Assembly (NCBI GenBank): GCA_902789225.1
Contig: CADANC010000002.1
Location: 103,167-167,166, forward strand
Reading direction: 5' to 3'
Length of the DNA: 64,000 bases
Source of the DNA: an uncultured Erysipelotrichaceae bacterium
GTDB taxonomy: Bacteria > Bacillota_I > Bacilli_A > RF39 > UBA660
Notes under the pieces: generated by a model
Databases searched by the model: none
Told to the model about the DNA's origin: nothing
What the model saw: only the letters and a program-made list of their open reading frames with translations
Part shown: positions 48,830-58,514 of the stretch, one piece after another
Position numbering within the stretch: the first letter of the stretch is position 1
Layout: every line of letters starts with the position of its first letter
Translations under genes and position numbers: made by a program

Positions 48830-49654
48830 TTAATGTAAATTTGGTGTTACAAATATCATTCTATCTCTTCCCTGTAAATCCTTTTTTATTACTATTTGTA
48901 CATCTTTCAAATAGTTGTTAATTAAAGTCTCTATATCTTTTGCTTGATCTGCACCTATTTCAAAAGCTATTAAAAACTTATCTTTAAGATTTTTATTAAT
49001 ATCTTTTAATATTTTCTTATAACAGTCTAGTCCATCTTTTCCTGCATATAGGGCAAGATGAGGTTCATTTGTTTTTACTATATCTTCTATTTCTTCATCA
49101 TCTTTTATATATGGTGGATTTGAAATAATGATATCATATTTTCTTTTCACATTAGATAAGCAATCACTTTGAAAAACATTTGCTTTAGAATTTAAATTTC
49201 CACAGTTTTTGTTAGTAACTTCTAATGCTTTTTCAGATATATCTATTAAATCCACAGTTTTTGTTAATAATTTCTTTTCTAATGTTAATCCGATTACTCC
49301 ACTGCCACATCCTATATCTAAAATTTCCACAGGATTTGTGAATAAAGTTTTTGCTATTGAGATTGTATTTTCTACTAATTCTTCTGTTTCAAATCTAGGA
49401 ATTAATACATTTTCATTAATATAGAAATCTTGTCCATAAAAATTTATATGACCTAATACATATTGAATTGGTTTATTATTCTTTAATGCTTCTATTTCTT
49501 TTGTATATATTTTCATTTTGTCTTCAGGCACTTCATCATTTAAATGAACTAATAATTCTAATGGATTTAGATTTAGTAAGTCACCTAACAATATCTTGGC
49601 GTGTTCTGAATGAATTTCTTTTTTAGCATATATTAGAGCTTGCTCAATCGTCAC
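48830..49654 (-). CDS. prmC: Release factor glutamine methyltransferase
   Basis: VLIPRFETE, LDIGCGSG and SNPPY; follows prfA. Confidence 0.95.
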   Translation of the reverse strand: MTIEQALIYAKKEIHSEHAKILLGDLLNLNPLELLVHLNDEVPEDKMKIYTKEIEALKNNKPIQYVLGHINFYGQDFYINENVLIPRFETEELVENTISIAKTLFTNPVEILDIGCGSGVIGLTLEKKLLTKTVDLIDISEKALEVTNKNCGNLNSKANVFQSDCLSNVKRKYDIIISNPPYIKDDEEIEDIVKTNEPHLALYAGKDGLDCYKKILKDINKNLKDKFLIAFEIGADQAKDIETLINNYLKDVQIVIKKDLQGRDRMIFVTPNLH

Positions 49655-50714
49655 TTTCTTCTCCTTGAAGCTTCTTTAATTGTTCAGCTTCTCTTAGCGC
49701 TGTAAATAATTCATTTAAGTCTCCATCCATAATTCTGTCTAGATTTTTACTAGTAAATCCTATTCTATGATCTGTTACTCTATTTTGTGGATAGTTATAT
49801 GTTCTTATTTTTTCTGCTCTATCTCCAGTTCCTATTTTATTTCTTCTTTCTGCACCTGATGCTTCTTCTTGCTCTTGTAATTTCATTTCATATAATCTAG
49901 ATTTTAATACTTTCATAGCTTGTTCTTTATTTTGAATTTGACTTCTTTCATTTTGACAAGTTACTACTGTATTTGTAGGTAGATGGGTAATTCTAACTGC
50001 TGAGTCTGTTGTATTTACTCCTTGTCCACCTTTACCACTTGATCTATAGATATCTATTCTTAAATCTCCTGGATTTATTTCTATATCTATTTCATCATCT
50101 ACTTCAGGCATAGCAAGAACTGTTGCTGTAGAAGTTTGTAATCTACCATTTGCTTCTGTTACTGGTACTCTTTGAACTCTATGAGATCCACTTTCATATT
50201 TAAAGAATGAATAAGCATCTTTTCCTGATATAATGAATTCTATTTGGCTATATCCTCCTGCAGTTCCTTCTATTGAGTTGTATACATCATATTTAAATCC
50301 TTGTTTTTCAGCATATCTTGTATACATTCTGAATAGATCCCCTGCAAAGATATTTGCTTCGTCTCCTCCGGCTGCTCCTCTAATTTCCATAACTACATTT
50401 TTGTTATCATTAGGATCTTTTGGAATTAATAATATTTCTAATTCTCCTTCTAATTTTGCTTTTTCTGAAGTTAGATTATTAAATTCTTCTTTAGCCATTT
50501 CTCCTAAATCAGGATCATTCATCATTTCTTTAGCTTCTTCAATATCATTTAATACTTTCTTATATTGTTTATAACATGCTATTAATTCTTCTAAATTAGC
50601 TAATTCTTTGGAATATTCCTTTGTTTTATTAACATCACTTAATACCTCTTGTTTTGTTAGTTCTGTTTCCAAAAAATTATATCTCTCAAGTATTTTGTCT
50701 AATCTTTCTATCAT
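49644..50714 (-). CDS. prfA: Peptide chain release factor 1
   Basis: PVT anticodon-mimic, GGQ and IRTYNYPQNRVTDHRI. Confidence 0.96.
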   Translation of the reverse strand: MIERLDKILERYNFLETELTKQEVLSDVNKTKEYSKELANLEELIACYKQYKKVLNDIEEAKEMMNDPDLGEMAKEEFNNLTSEKAKLEGELEILLIPKDPNDNKNVVMEIRGAAGGDEANIFAGDLFRMYTRYAEKQGFKYDVYNSIEGTAGGYSQIEFIISGKDAYSFFKYESGSHRVQRVPVTEANGRLQTSTATVLAMPEVDDEIDIEINPGDLRIDIYRSSGKGGQGVNTTDSAVRITHLPTNTVVTCQNERSQIQNKEQAMKVLKSRLYEMKLQEQEEASGAERRNKIGTGDRAEKIRTYNYPQNRVTDHRIGFTSKNLDRIMDGDLNELFTALREAEQLKKLQGEESDD

Positions 50715-50775
50715 ATAATATAATCCTTTCAATCAGTTTGTATTATAACATAATAATTAGCAGAAAAAAACTAGA

Positions 50776-51222
50776 TTAATTATCTAGTTCTAATTCATCT
50801 TCATCAATAATTACAAGATCTTTTAAATCTTCATCTGTTGAATCATCAGAATAAGCATCATCAGTGTCATCATAATTGTCTTCTTCTGACATTTCCATAT
50901 CACTTTGAGATACATTATCTTCTTCTTCAAGATCTTCATCATCTTCTTCGTCTTCATCGATATTTGATGAAGATTTATGATTAACTCTTAAATCTAATTT
51001 TCCATTATCTAATAAAATAAAATCTTTATCTGTTGATATTTGTGTGTAATATTCAGCAATTTTGTTTTCAAATGTTGATTCTGGTAATTCTAATAGACTT
51101 ATTATTTTCTTAAATAAATCTGCAATTGTTTGTGGTTTTTTTGCATCTTGAATAATTAATTTAGTTATTTCTTTATTTGTTAATTGTTCTAATTCTTCTT
51201 TTTTCATTTTTTTTAGGCTCAT
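50776..51222 (-). CDS. rpoE: RNA polymerase delta subunit
   Basis: YYTQISTD..F..L..G..DL N-domain plus acidic tail; near argS as in Bacilli. Confidence 0.85.
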   Translation of the reverse strand: MSLKKMKKEELEQLTNKEITKLIIQDAKKPQTIADLFKKIISLLELPESTFENKIAEYYTQISTDKDFILLDNGKLDLRVNHKSSSNIDEDEEDDEDLEEEDNVSQSDMEMSEEDNYDDTDDAYSDDSTDEDLKDLVIIDEDELELDN

Positions 51223-51316
51223 TTTTTGGCCCTCCTTGCGACATTTTGCTTAATTAAATTTACCATTAAACTTATAACACATATCTTTTATACGTGCAAT
51301 AGTTTTTTTTAATATT

Positions 51317-51982
51317 TTATGCATATATTTTTCTATATTGATTATTTTTTTCTTCTTTTTCAAATGAGCTTGCCATTTGAGTATAGAAATATGCTTCATT
51401 TTCCTCAGGAGATTCACTTAATGGTAATCCTCTTCTATTTAATATTATTATATTTACTAGTTCCTTTTGAACAGACTTAGATGTGCTTACTTTTTCTAGA
51501 TTATCTTTATTAACATTATCATTTAATAAGACATCAAAACTATCATATACAGCTTTTAGTCCTTCTATTCCATTTTTTTCATATTCTCTTTTATATACAG
51601 CTTCCGCTTTTACTGCTAATTTTCTATATTCCTTTATCGGAGCATAGAAATCTTGTATCTTATCATATTTTGTATTTAATTGTTTTATTAAATGAGCTAG
51701 AGTTATTTTTACATTTTCATCTTCAAAAATAGTATTATCATCATTAAATATTGAATCTACCATATCCAAAGTAAAATCTTCTCTTTTTGCTGTTTCAGGA
51801 CTTTCATTATAAATTCCTGATAATAATACTAATTGTACTAATGTTGATTCTAAATATCTTTCTATTTCTTTCTTTAAATATTCATCTCTATAAATTTTAT
51901 GATATTTTTTCTTTTCTCCTACTACTTCTTTTATATGATTTCTAATGTTGTTTGGAAAAGTTGACTCTTCTATTTTTTCCAT
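51317..51982 (-). CDS. Hypothetical protein
   Basis: Long ORF; start at MEKIEES after AAGGAG. Confidence 0.65.
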   Translation of the reverse strand: MEKIEESTFPNNIRNHIKEVVGEKKKYHKIYRDEYLKKEIERYLESTLVQLVLLSGIYNESPETAKREDFTLDMVDSIFNDDNTIFEDENVKITLAHLIKQLNTKYDKIQDFYAPIKEYRKLAVKAEAVYKREYEKNGIEGLKAVYDSFDVLLNDNVNKDNLEKVSTSKSVQKELVNIIILNRRGLPLSESPEENEAYFYTQMASSFEKEEKNNQYRKIYA

Positions 51983-52072
51983 TTTTTTCCATTTCTCCTT
52001 AATGACTAGAATATTATACACTTATTTATAAAAATATCAATACTTTTATTAAAAAAGATTGCATAACGCAAT

Positions 52073-53815
52073 CTACATTTTATCAGGTACTTTAATAGCT
52101 AAAATATCTAATAATATACTACATATATTATAAGTTAGTTTAGTCATAGTTAACCAGTTTGTTCTTTTTTCAATATCTTCTTCTGTTAATACCTTGTTTT
52201 TAGCATAAAAAGTATTATATAGTGAACAAATATTGAATATATAATCTGCTATTTCATTTAATGATCTTGTTTTTAATGCTTTATTAATTATATTTGGTAA
52301 ATCTAATATTAATAGTACTAGATCTTTATAATCATCTTCAATCTTAGTAATTTTAGATTTATCCATATCAGCTGCATTATTTAGAAGGGATTTCATTCTA
52401 ATTGTTGTATATAGAATATATGGGCCAGTTTTGCCTTCAATATCAGTGAATTTTTCTACTTCAAAGATATAATCTGTTTCTCTATATGGTACTAAATCTG
52501 CATACTTTAGAGCAGCTATTGCTACTGTTTTAGCTATTTCTGGAGCCTCTTCTTCAGTAACTTTATCATTATTAATTCTAGTAATTGTAGAATTATAAAC
52601 TAAATCAATTAATCCTTTTAGAGTCATTACTCCGCCATCTCTAGTTTTAAATGGTTTTCCATCTTTACCATTCATTGTACCAAAGCCTATATGTTCCATT
52701 TGTTCTTTTTTAAATAAACCTAGTTTTTCTATAGCTCTAAATACTTGTTCAAAGTGTAGTCCTTGACGAGAATCTACTACATACCATATTTCATCTGGAT
52801 TAATTTCTTCTTTTCTTTGTAGTAATGTTAATAAATCAGTTGTTTCATAAGAAATTGTTCCATTTGATTTAATATATAGAAGTGGTGGTATTTCAATCTT
52901 GTCACTTTCTTCTTTTACTTCTATTACTTTAGCTCCTTCACTTTCAACTAAAATATTCTTTTCTTCAATTATTTTATCTAATTTATCTTGATATTCTATG
53001 GCATCACTTTCGCCATTCCAAAGTTCAAAGTCTACGTTTATATCATTATAAACTTCTCTTATATCTGCCTTTGATATTTCAACTATCTTTTTCCATAAGT
53101 CATAATATCCTCTTTCATGGTGTTGTATCTTATTTGTTATATCTCTTCCATCTTCTAGATAGGCTTCATCATCTTTTGCTCTTTGTGATGCATATGGATA
53201 TATTTCTTCTAAATCTTCATTAGATATAGGTAATTCTACTTCTGAATAATCTCCTTCATATTTTTCATCAAAATATGGTAGATCAGGATATCTTTCTTTT
53301 AATTCTTTAACTACAAAACCTAATGGTCTTCCATAATCTCCTAGATGAGCATCTCCTATTACCTCATATCCTACTGATTTAGCTAAACGTTTTAGTGCTT
53401 CACCAATGTTTGCACTTCTCAAATGTCCTACATGTAATGCTTTCGCAACATTAGCTCCACCATAATCAATAACTATCTTCTTAGGATCTTTTTTCTCAAT
53501 AAGATCTTTTGGATTATTAACTGCTTTATTGATGTTTTCTATTAAGTATTCTTCACTTAATTTTAGATTGATAAAACCTGGACCCGCAATATTAATATCA
53601 GTAAATATTTTATTGCTTTCTAATTCTTTTACTACATTTTCAGCTATTTCTCTTGGATTAGCATGATAGATTGAAGCTAGGGCCATACAATCATTAATTT
53701 GATAATCACCTAAATCTTTTCTAGCAGAAGGTTTTAATTCAACTTTTTCTACTTTGTATCCGGCTTTTTCAAAAGTTTTTATTAATTCATTATTTATCTC
53801 AGTAATTATATTCAT
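52073..53815 (-). CDS. argS: Arginine--tRNA ligase
   Basis: AGPGFIN, HVGHLRS (HIGH), KPFKTRDG and GKTGPYILY. Confidence 0.95.
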   Translation of the reverse strand: MNIITEINNELIKTFEKAGYKVEKVELKPSARKDLGDYQINDCMALASIYHANPREIAENVVKELESNKIFTDINIAGPGFINLKLSEEYLIENINKAVNNPKDLIEKKDPKKIVIDYGGANVAKALHVGHLRSANIGEALKRLAKSVGYEVIGDAHLGDYGRPLGFVVKELKERYPDLPYFDEKYEGDYSEVELPISNEDLEEIYPYASQRAKDDEAYLEDGRDITNKIQHHERGYYDLWKKIVEISKADIREVYNDINVDFELWNGESDAIEYQDKLDKIIEEKNILVESEGAKVIEVKEESDKIEIPPLLYIKSNGTISYETTDLLTLLQRKEEINPDEIWYVVDSRQGLHFEQVFRAIEKLGLFKKEQMEHIGFGTMNGKDGKPFKTRDGGVMTLKGLIDLVYNSTITRINNDKVTEEEAPEIAKTVAIAALKYADLVPYRETDYIFEVEKFTDIEGKTGPYILYTTIRMKSLLNNAADMDKSKITKIEDDYKDLVLLILDLPNIINKALKTRSLNEIADYIFNICSLYNTFYAKNKVLTEEDIEKRTNWLTMTKLTYNICSILLDILAIKVPDKM

Positions 53816-54150
53816 TTTATCTCCTTTAATTCATATTCTATTATTTCTTCTTCTAATTTATACTTTATTTTTATATTATTGTCTTTTTTATCAATGTTTA
53901 TTACCTGTAAGATAGGATTCATTTCTGAATGTAATTCTTTTATAAATATATTAGCTTTTTCTTCATTAAAATCATAATCTAGTATTAAATCATTATTTTC
54001 CTTATGAAGAATATTGTTATTATAATTATATTTTACTAATGAACCATCTTCATTATAGGTAATTATTCCATCTAAAAAAATAGCCCGAACTTTATCCGAC
54101 TTAATATTATCATTATTCCTTATTTTATAAATAATATTAATCTTAGACAT
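53812..54150 (-). CDS. Small beta-rich protein, YwiB/DUF1934-like
   Basis: Immediately upstream of argS (ywiB synteny); weak sequence resemblance. Confidence 0.5.
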   Translation of the reverse strand: MSKINIIYKIRNNDNIKSDKVRAIFLDGIITYNEDGSLVKYNYNNNILHKENNDLILDYDFNEEKANIFIKELHSEMNPILQVINIDKKDNNIKIKYKLEEEIIEYELKEIK

Positions 54151-54247
54151 ACTTTCCCTCTTTTTAACGAATATATTATAACATATTTTATTATAATTTT
54201 CTTAATATTAAACCTTTTTTTTGATATACTTATAATGAGGTGATGAT

Positions 54248-55111
54248 ATGCCATATCAAATTATTATTGGTATTGTTATTGTAGTATGTATTTTATTAAT
54301 ATTAATATTATTAGGTAAGAATAAATTTAATTTTTCCATTATAAAGATTGAAGAAGCAGAATCTAATATTGAAATATACTTAGAAAAGAAGAGAAATTTA
54401 TTAGAAAGAGCTATTCCAATATTAAAGAAAGAATTAAAACAAGATGACTTTTTAAAAAGTCTTGATAAGTTAGATAAAGAAGTTTTAAATCATTTTCAAA
54501 CTAATGCTTTATTACATAATGCTTATTTAGAGTTATTAGGTATTATTGATGAAAATGAGAAATTACTTAAAAGTAAAACTATAAAGAAGATAATAAATGA
54601 TTTAGATTCAAATGAACAAAATAGAATTGGTAGTGTTAAATATTATAATGATAATGTTACTAATTTTAATAAATTAGTTAATTCTTTTCCAACTAGTATT
54701 ATTGCTTTCTTTTGTAGATATAAAAATAAAGATTATTATAACGATGAAGATAAAGAAATTGATGAATTATTAGAAAATGATGATAATGAAGTTATAGAAA
54801 CTAATGATAAATTTGGTGAAGATAATCAAAAATATGAATCAGTTAAAAATGTAGAAAATGACGATAACGAAGAAGCTGATGAGTTAGTTTTAGATAATGA
54901 TGATGAAAATGAAGATGAAGAAGATTTTGATGAAGAATATCCTGATGATGAGGAAAATGAAGAGAAATTAGAAGAAGAAATAGAAGATGACGATGATGAT
55001 GAAAATGAAGATGAAGACGACTCTGAAGATGATCAAAATACTGATACATTAGATGAGATTATTATTGATAATCAAGATATTGAAGAATATGATGAGGAGA
55101 AAGACAAATAA
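54248..55111 (+). CDS. LemA-family protein with long acidic tail
   Basis: N-terminal TM, EAESNIEIYLEKK..L and YYNDNVTNFN..V.SFPTSIIA; D/E-rich C-terminus. Confidence 0.8.
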   Translation: MPYQIIIGIVIVVCILLILILLGKNKFNFSIIKIEEAESNIEIYLEKKRNLLERAIPILKKELKQDDFLKSLDKLDKEVLNHFQTNALLHNAYLELLGIIDENEKLLKSKTIKKIINDLDSNEQNRIGSVKYYNDNVTNFNKLVNSFPTSIIAFFCRYKNKDYYNDEDKEIDELLENDDNEVIETNDKFGEDNQKYESVKNVENDDNEEADELVLDNDDENEDEEDFDEEYPDDEENEEKLEEEIEDDDDDENEDEDDSEDDQNTDTLDEIIIDNQDIEEYDEEKDK

Positions 55112-56100
55112 TGAGTTTTATAGATAATATTATTACTAGAGCTAAAGCGGATAAAAAGACTATAGTTCTTCCTGAAACTATGGATGATAGAGTTTTAGGA
55201 GCTGCTGAAAAAATTGTTAATGAAGATGTTGCTAATGTTATACTAATTGGTAATAAAGAAGAAATATTAGAAAAAAATAGTAGTTTAAATAAATGTGTTA
55301 TTATTGATCCTATTGAAGATTCTGTCTTAACTGATGAATTAACTTTAAAGTTATATGATCTAAGAAAAGAAAAAGGATTAAGTGAAGAAGAAGCTAGAAA
55401 ACTATTAACTGAAGATTATATGTATTTTGCTTGTATGTTAGTTAAAACAGGAAGAGCAGATGGGGTTGTTAGTGGTGCTTGTCATTCTACTGCTAATACC
55501 CTTCGTCCTGCATTACAAATTATTAAAACTAAAGAGAATTGTAAATTAGTTAGTGCTTTCTTCTTAATGGTTGTTCCTGATTGTCAATATGGTTCTAATG
55601 GAACCTTTATATTTGCAGATTCTGGATTAGTTCAAGATCCTACTAGTGAAGAACTTGCTTATATAGCTAATAGTAGTGCTGATAGTTTTGAATTACTTGT
55701 TCAAGATAAAGCTAGAGTTGCTATGCTATCTCATTCAAGTATGGGTAGTGCAAAACATGAATTAGTTGATAAAGTAGTTAATGGAGTAAATCTTGCTAAA
55801 GAAATGTATCCTAAGTTAGAAATAGATGGAGAGTTACAATTAGATGCTGCTATAGTTCCTGAGGTTGCAAATAGTAAGGCACCTAATTCTAAAGTAGCAG
55901 GACATGCTAATGTTTTGATTTTTCCTAATTTAGATGCTGGAAATATTGGATATAAATTAGTTCAAAGACTTGCTAAAGCTGAGGCTTATGGACCTATTAC
56001 ACAAGGTATAGCTGCTCCAATCAATGATTTAAGTAGAGGTTGCTCTGTAGATGATATAGTTGGAGTTGTTGCAATAACTTGTGTGCAAGCTCAAGGCTAA
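55111..56100 (+). CDS. pta: Phosphate acetyltransferase
   Basis: IVLPE, ADGVVSGA.HST, DGELQLDAA, FPNLDAGNIGYK and NDLSRGCS. Confidence 0.96.
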   Translation: MSFIDNIITRAKADKKTIVLPETMDDRVLGAAEKIVNEDVANVILIGNKEEILEKNSSLNKCVIIDPIEDSVLTDELTLKLYDLRKEKGLSEEEARKLLTEDYMYFACMLVKTGRADGVVSGACHSTANTLRPALQIIKTKENCKLVSAFFLMVVPDCQYGSNGTFIFADSGLVQDPTSEELAYIANSSADSFELLVQDKARVAMLSHSSMGSAKHELVDKVVNGVNLAKEMYPKLEIDGELQLDAAIVPEVANSKAPNSKVAGHANVLIFPNLDAGNIGYKLVQRLAKAEAYGPITQGIAAPINDLSRGCSVDDIVGVVAITCVQAQG

Positions 56101-56143
56101 TTATAAAAATAAAATATCCACAAATAATGTGGATATTTTTTTA

Positions 56144-56629
56144 TTATGATGAAGAAGCTGCTTGAGCTCTATCTATGTCATTAGTTATAGCAACAATTAT
56201 TGTTAGTATTAATATATAATCTTTCTCATCAAATATATCAATAATATATTGGTCTCCTATTGTTATATATTTTCTAGTTATTTCACCAACTTTTTCGCCT
56301 TTATCATTAAATACAGTAAAATTATGACTTAAGAAATTACCTTCTACTCTATAATTGTTTGATAATTCATAGTCGTTTTTAAAAAATTTAAATTTCTTCT
56401 TTATATTGAATTCTTTTTGCCCATTGATAAAGACATTATAGTTTGGCATTAGATGTAATAGTTCTTGTTCTATATAAGCAAGTTCTTTTCCATTAGGATC
56501 TTTTATCCATGTTTTTGAACCTAATGATATTGCTTTACTAGATATCTCTAGAATATTCTTGTCTTGTTCATCTTTAATAAAATATCTGTTGTGAAATGAG
56601 AATACTTTTTCTTTTATATATAATTTCAT
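56144..56629 (-). CDS. LURP-one/scramblase-like protein
   Basis: LYIKEKVFS...Y.I.D, V.GNF..HNF and D.Y.IDI; ATGA overlap with ung. Confidence 0.85.
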   Translation of the reverse strand: MKLYIKEKVFSFHNRYFIKDEQDKNILEISSKAISLGSKTWIKDPNGKELAYIEQELLHLMPNYNVFINGQKEFNIKKKFKFFKNDYELSNNYRVEGNFLSHNFTVFNDKGEKVGEITRKYITIGDQYIIDIFDEKDYILILTIIVAITNDIDRAQAASSS

Positions 56630-57288
56630 TCTACTCTCCAATCTATTTCTTCTATTCCTTGACTTTTTAAAAACTCATTAGTCTTAGAAAACGGTTTACT
56701 ACCGAAGAATCCATTTCTTGCTGAAAAAGGTGATGGATGAGCCGATTCTATTATTAAATGTTTTGAGTTTGTAATTAGTTCTTTCTTTTTTCTAGCATAT
56801 GCTCCCCATAGTATAAATACTATTGGGGTTTCTTTTTCATTTAAAATTTTAATAACATTATCTGTGAATAATTCCCATCCTCTGTTAGCGTGTGAAGTAG
56901 GTTTATGTTCTTCTACTGTTAATACTGCATTTAAAAGTAGTACTCCTTCTTTCGCCCATGGTTTAAGTGAATTAGATTTAGGAAATTGTATTCCTAAATC
57001 ACTTTCTAGTTCCTTAAAAATGTTTTGTAGTGAGGGTGGCTTTAATACTTCATTTGATACTGAGAAAGATAATCCTTCTGCTTGATTAGGTCCATGATAT
57101 GGATCTTGGCCTAGTATAACTACCTTTACTTTGTCAAAATCAGTATATCTAAATGCATTAAACACTTCGTTTTGTGGTGGATAAATTGTCTTACTTTTAT
57201 ATTCTTCTTTTATAAAGTCTAATAATTTCTCAAAATATTCTTTTTTGAATTCATTAGATAATACTTTATCCCAACTGTTTCCTATCAT
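56626..57288 (-). CDS. ung: Uracil-DNA glycosylase
   Basis: VVILGQDPYH, GVLLLNAVLTV and HPSPFS. Confidence 0.96.
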   Translation of the reverse strand: MIGNSWDKVLSNEFKKEYFEKLLDFIKEEYKSKTIYPPQNEVFNAFRYTDFDKVKVVILGQDPYHGPNQAEGLSFSVSNEVLKPPSLQNIFKELESDLGIQFPKSNSLKPWAKEGVLLLNAVLTVEEHKPTSHANRGWELFTDNVIKILNEKETPIVFILWGAYARKKKELITNSKHLIIESAHPSPFSARNGFFGSKPFSKTNEFLKSQGIEEIDWRVE

Positions 57289-57295
57289 ATAACAC

Positions 57296-57751
57296 CTACT
57301 TATGGTATGATTCATTATTTAATATTTTAAATGATCTATATATTTGTTCTAATAATATTATTCTAAATAATTGATGTGGAAAAGTCATTTTAGAAAATGA
57401 TAGTTTAAAATTACTTCTTTCCTTTATACTATTTGATAATCCGTAACTACCACCTATTACAAAAGTGATATTTGGGTTAATTGTTTGTATAGATTCTATT
57501 CTTTGGGCAAATTCTTCTGAAGATAATTCTTTTCCTTCTATTTCTAAAGTTATTACATAGTCTTTAGAATCTATATGCTTTAATATCTCTATTCCTTCTA
57601 AATTAATTGATTTATCTATATCATCATATGATATATCTTTTACTTCAATTATTTCTATTTTAGTATATCTTGTTAGTCTTTTTTTATATTCTTCTATAGC
57701 ATCTCTAAAAAACTCTTCTTTTATATTTCCTACACATATTATTTTTATCAT
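57296..57751 (-). CDS. rlmH: 23S rRNA pseudouridine-1915 N3-methyltransferase
   Basis: FVIGGSYGL and SFSKMTFPHQL.R.IL.EQIYR...YHK. Confidence 0.95.
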   Translation of the reverse strand: MIKIICVGNIKEEFFRDAIEEYKKRLTRYTKIEIIEVKDISYDDIDKSINLEGIEILKHIDSKDYVITLEIEGKELSSEEFAQRIESIQTINPNITFVIGGSYGLSNSIKERSNFKLSFSKMTFPHQLFRIILLEQIYRSFKILNNESYHK

Positions 57752-57752
57752 A

Positions 57753-58514
57753 TTAAACCTCTATTAATTCTGTTCCTGTATCCTGGTAAGCTATTGTTAC
57801 TCTTATATTATCATCTATTTCATTTCTTACTGTATTATATGCTAATTCTTTAGTATTGTTTGTTTCACTTATATGTGCTAATACTATATTTTTTGTATTA
57901 GATCCTATAATCTTCTTAAGATATTTAGCTGTTGTGTAATTAGATAGATGACCATAATCAGATATAACTCTTTCTTTTAAGAATCTAGGATATGGTCCAT
58001 TCATTAACATTTCTTCATCATGATTAGTTTCTATTATATACATATCTTTATTTATCATAGTATTTAGAAATTTTCTATTAATATAGCCTGTATCTGTTAC
58101 ATATGTAATTGTTTTTCCTTCACACGTTATATTATATCCTACTGAACATGGAGCATCATGAGATGTATGAATTAAATTAATATGCATTCCATTAATATCT
58201 GTATCATCATCTATATATATACAATCTTCTTCTGTAAGTATAGGTATAAATTCTTGTAGAGATTTAAACATTTTTTGTGGAATAAATAATTTCAAATTAC
58301 TTTTCTTAATAAATGTTTCTACGCCTTTTATATGGTCTTTATGATTATGTGTTATTAACAATCCAGCAAAATCATTTATATCTAAATTTAACTTTGTAAT
58401 TTCTTCTATTAATTTTTTGTAAGATATTCCTAAGTCAATTATTATCTTTATAGTGTCAGAAAGGATAATTGTACAATTACCCTTTGATCCACTTTGTATA
58501 ACTTTTATTTTCAT
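57753..58514 (-). CDS. walJ: MBL-fold hydrolase YycJ/WalJ
   Basis: SGSKGNC, THNHKDH, SHDA, ETNHD, GHLSN and AHIS..NN. Confidence 0.85.
   Translation of the reverse strand: MKIKVIQSGSKGNCTIILSDTIKIIIDLGISYKKLIEEITKLNLDINDFAGLLITHNHKDHIKGVETFIKKSNLKLFIPQKMFKSLQEFIPILTEEDCIYIDDDTDINGMHINLIHTSHDAPCSVGYNITCEGKTITYVTDTGYINRKFLNTMINKDMYIIETNHDEEMLMNGPYPRFLKERVISDYGHLSNYTTAKYLKKIIGSNTKNIVLAHISETNNTKELAYNTVRNEIDDNIRVTIAYQDTGTELIEV

Noticed and set aside
54760-55100. Repetitive gat/gaa-rich DNA (also in the rpoE tail at 50780-50960)
   Set aside because: Explained by acidic low-complexity protein tails; no repeat-spacer periodicity, so not CRISPR.
57296-57315. rlmH (orfX) 3' end, a known SCC/ICE integration hotspot
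   Set aside because: ung follows within 8 bp and I saw no duplicate of the rlmH end, so the site appears empty.
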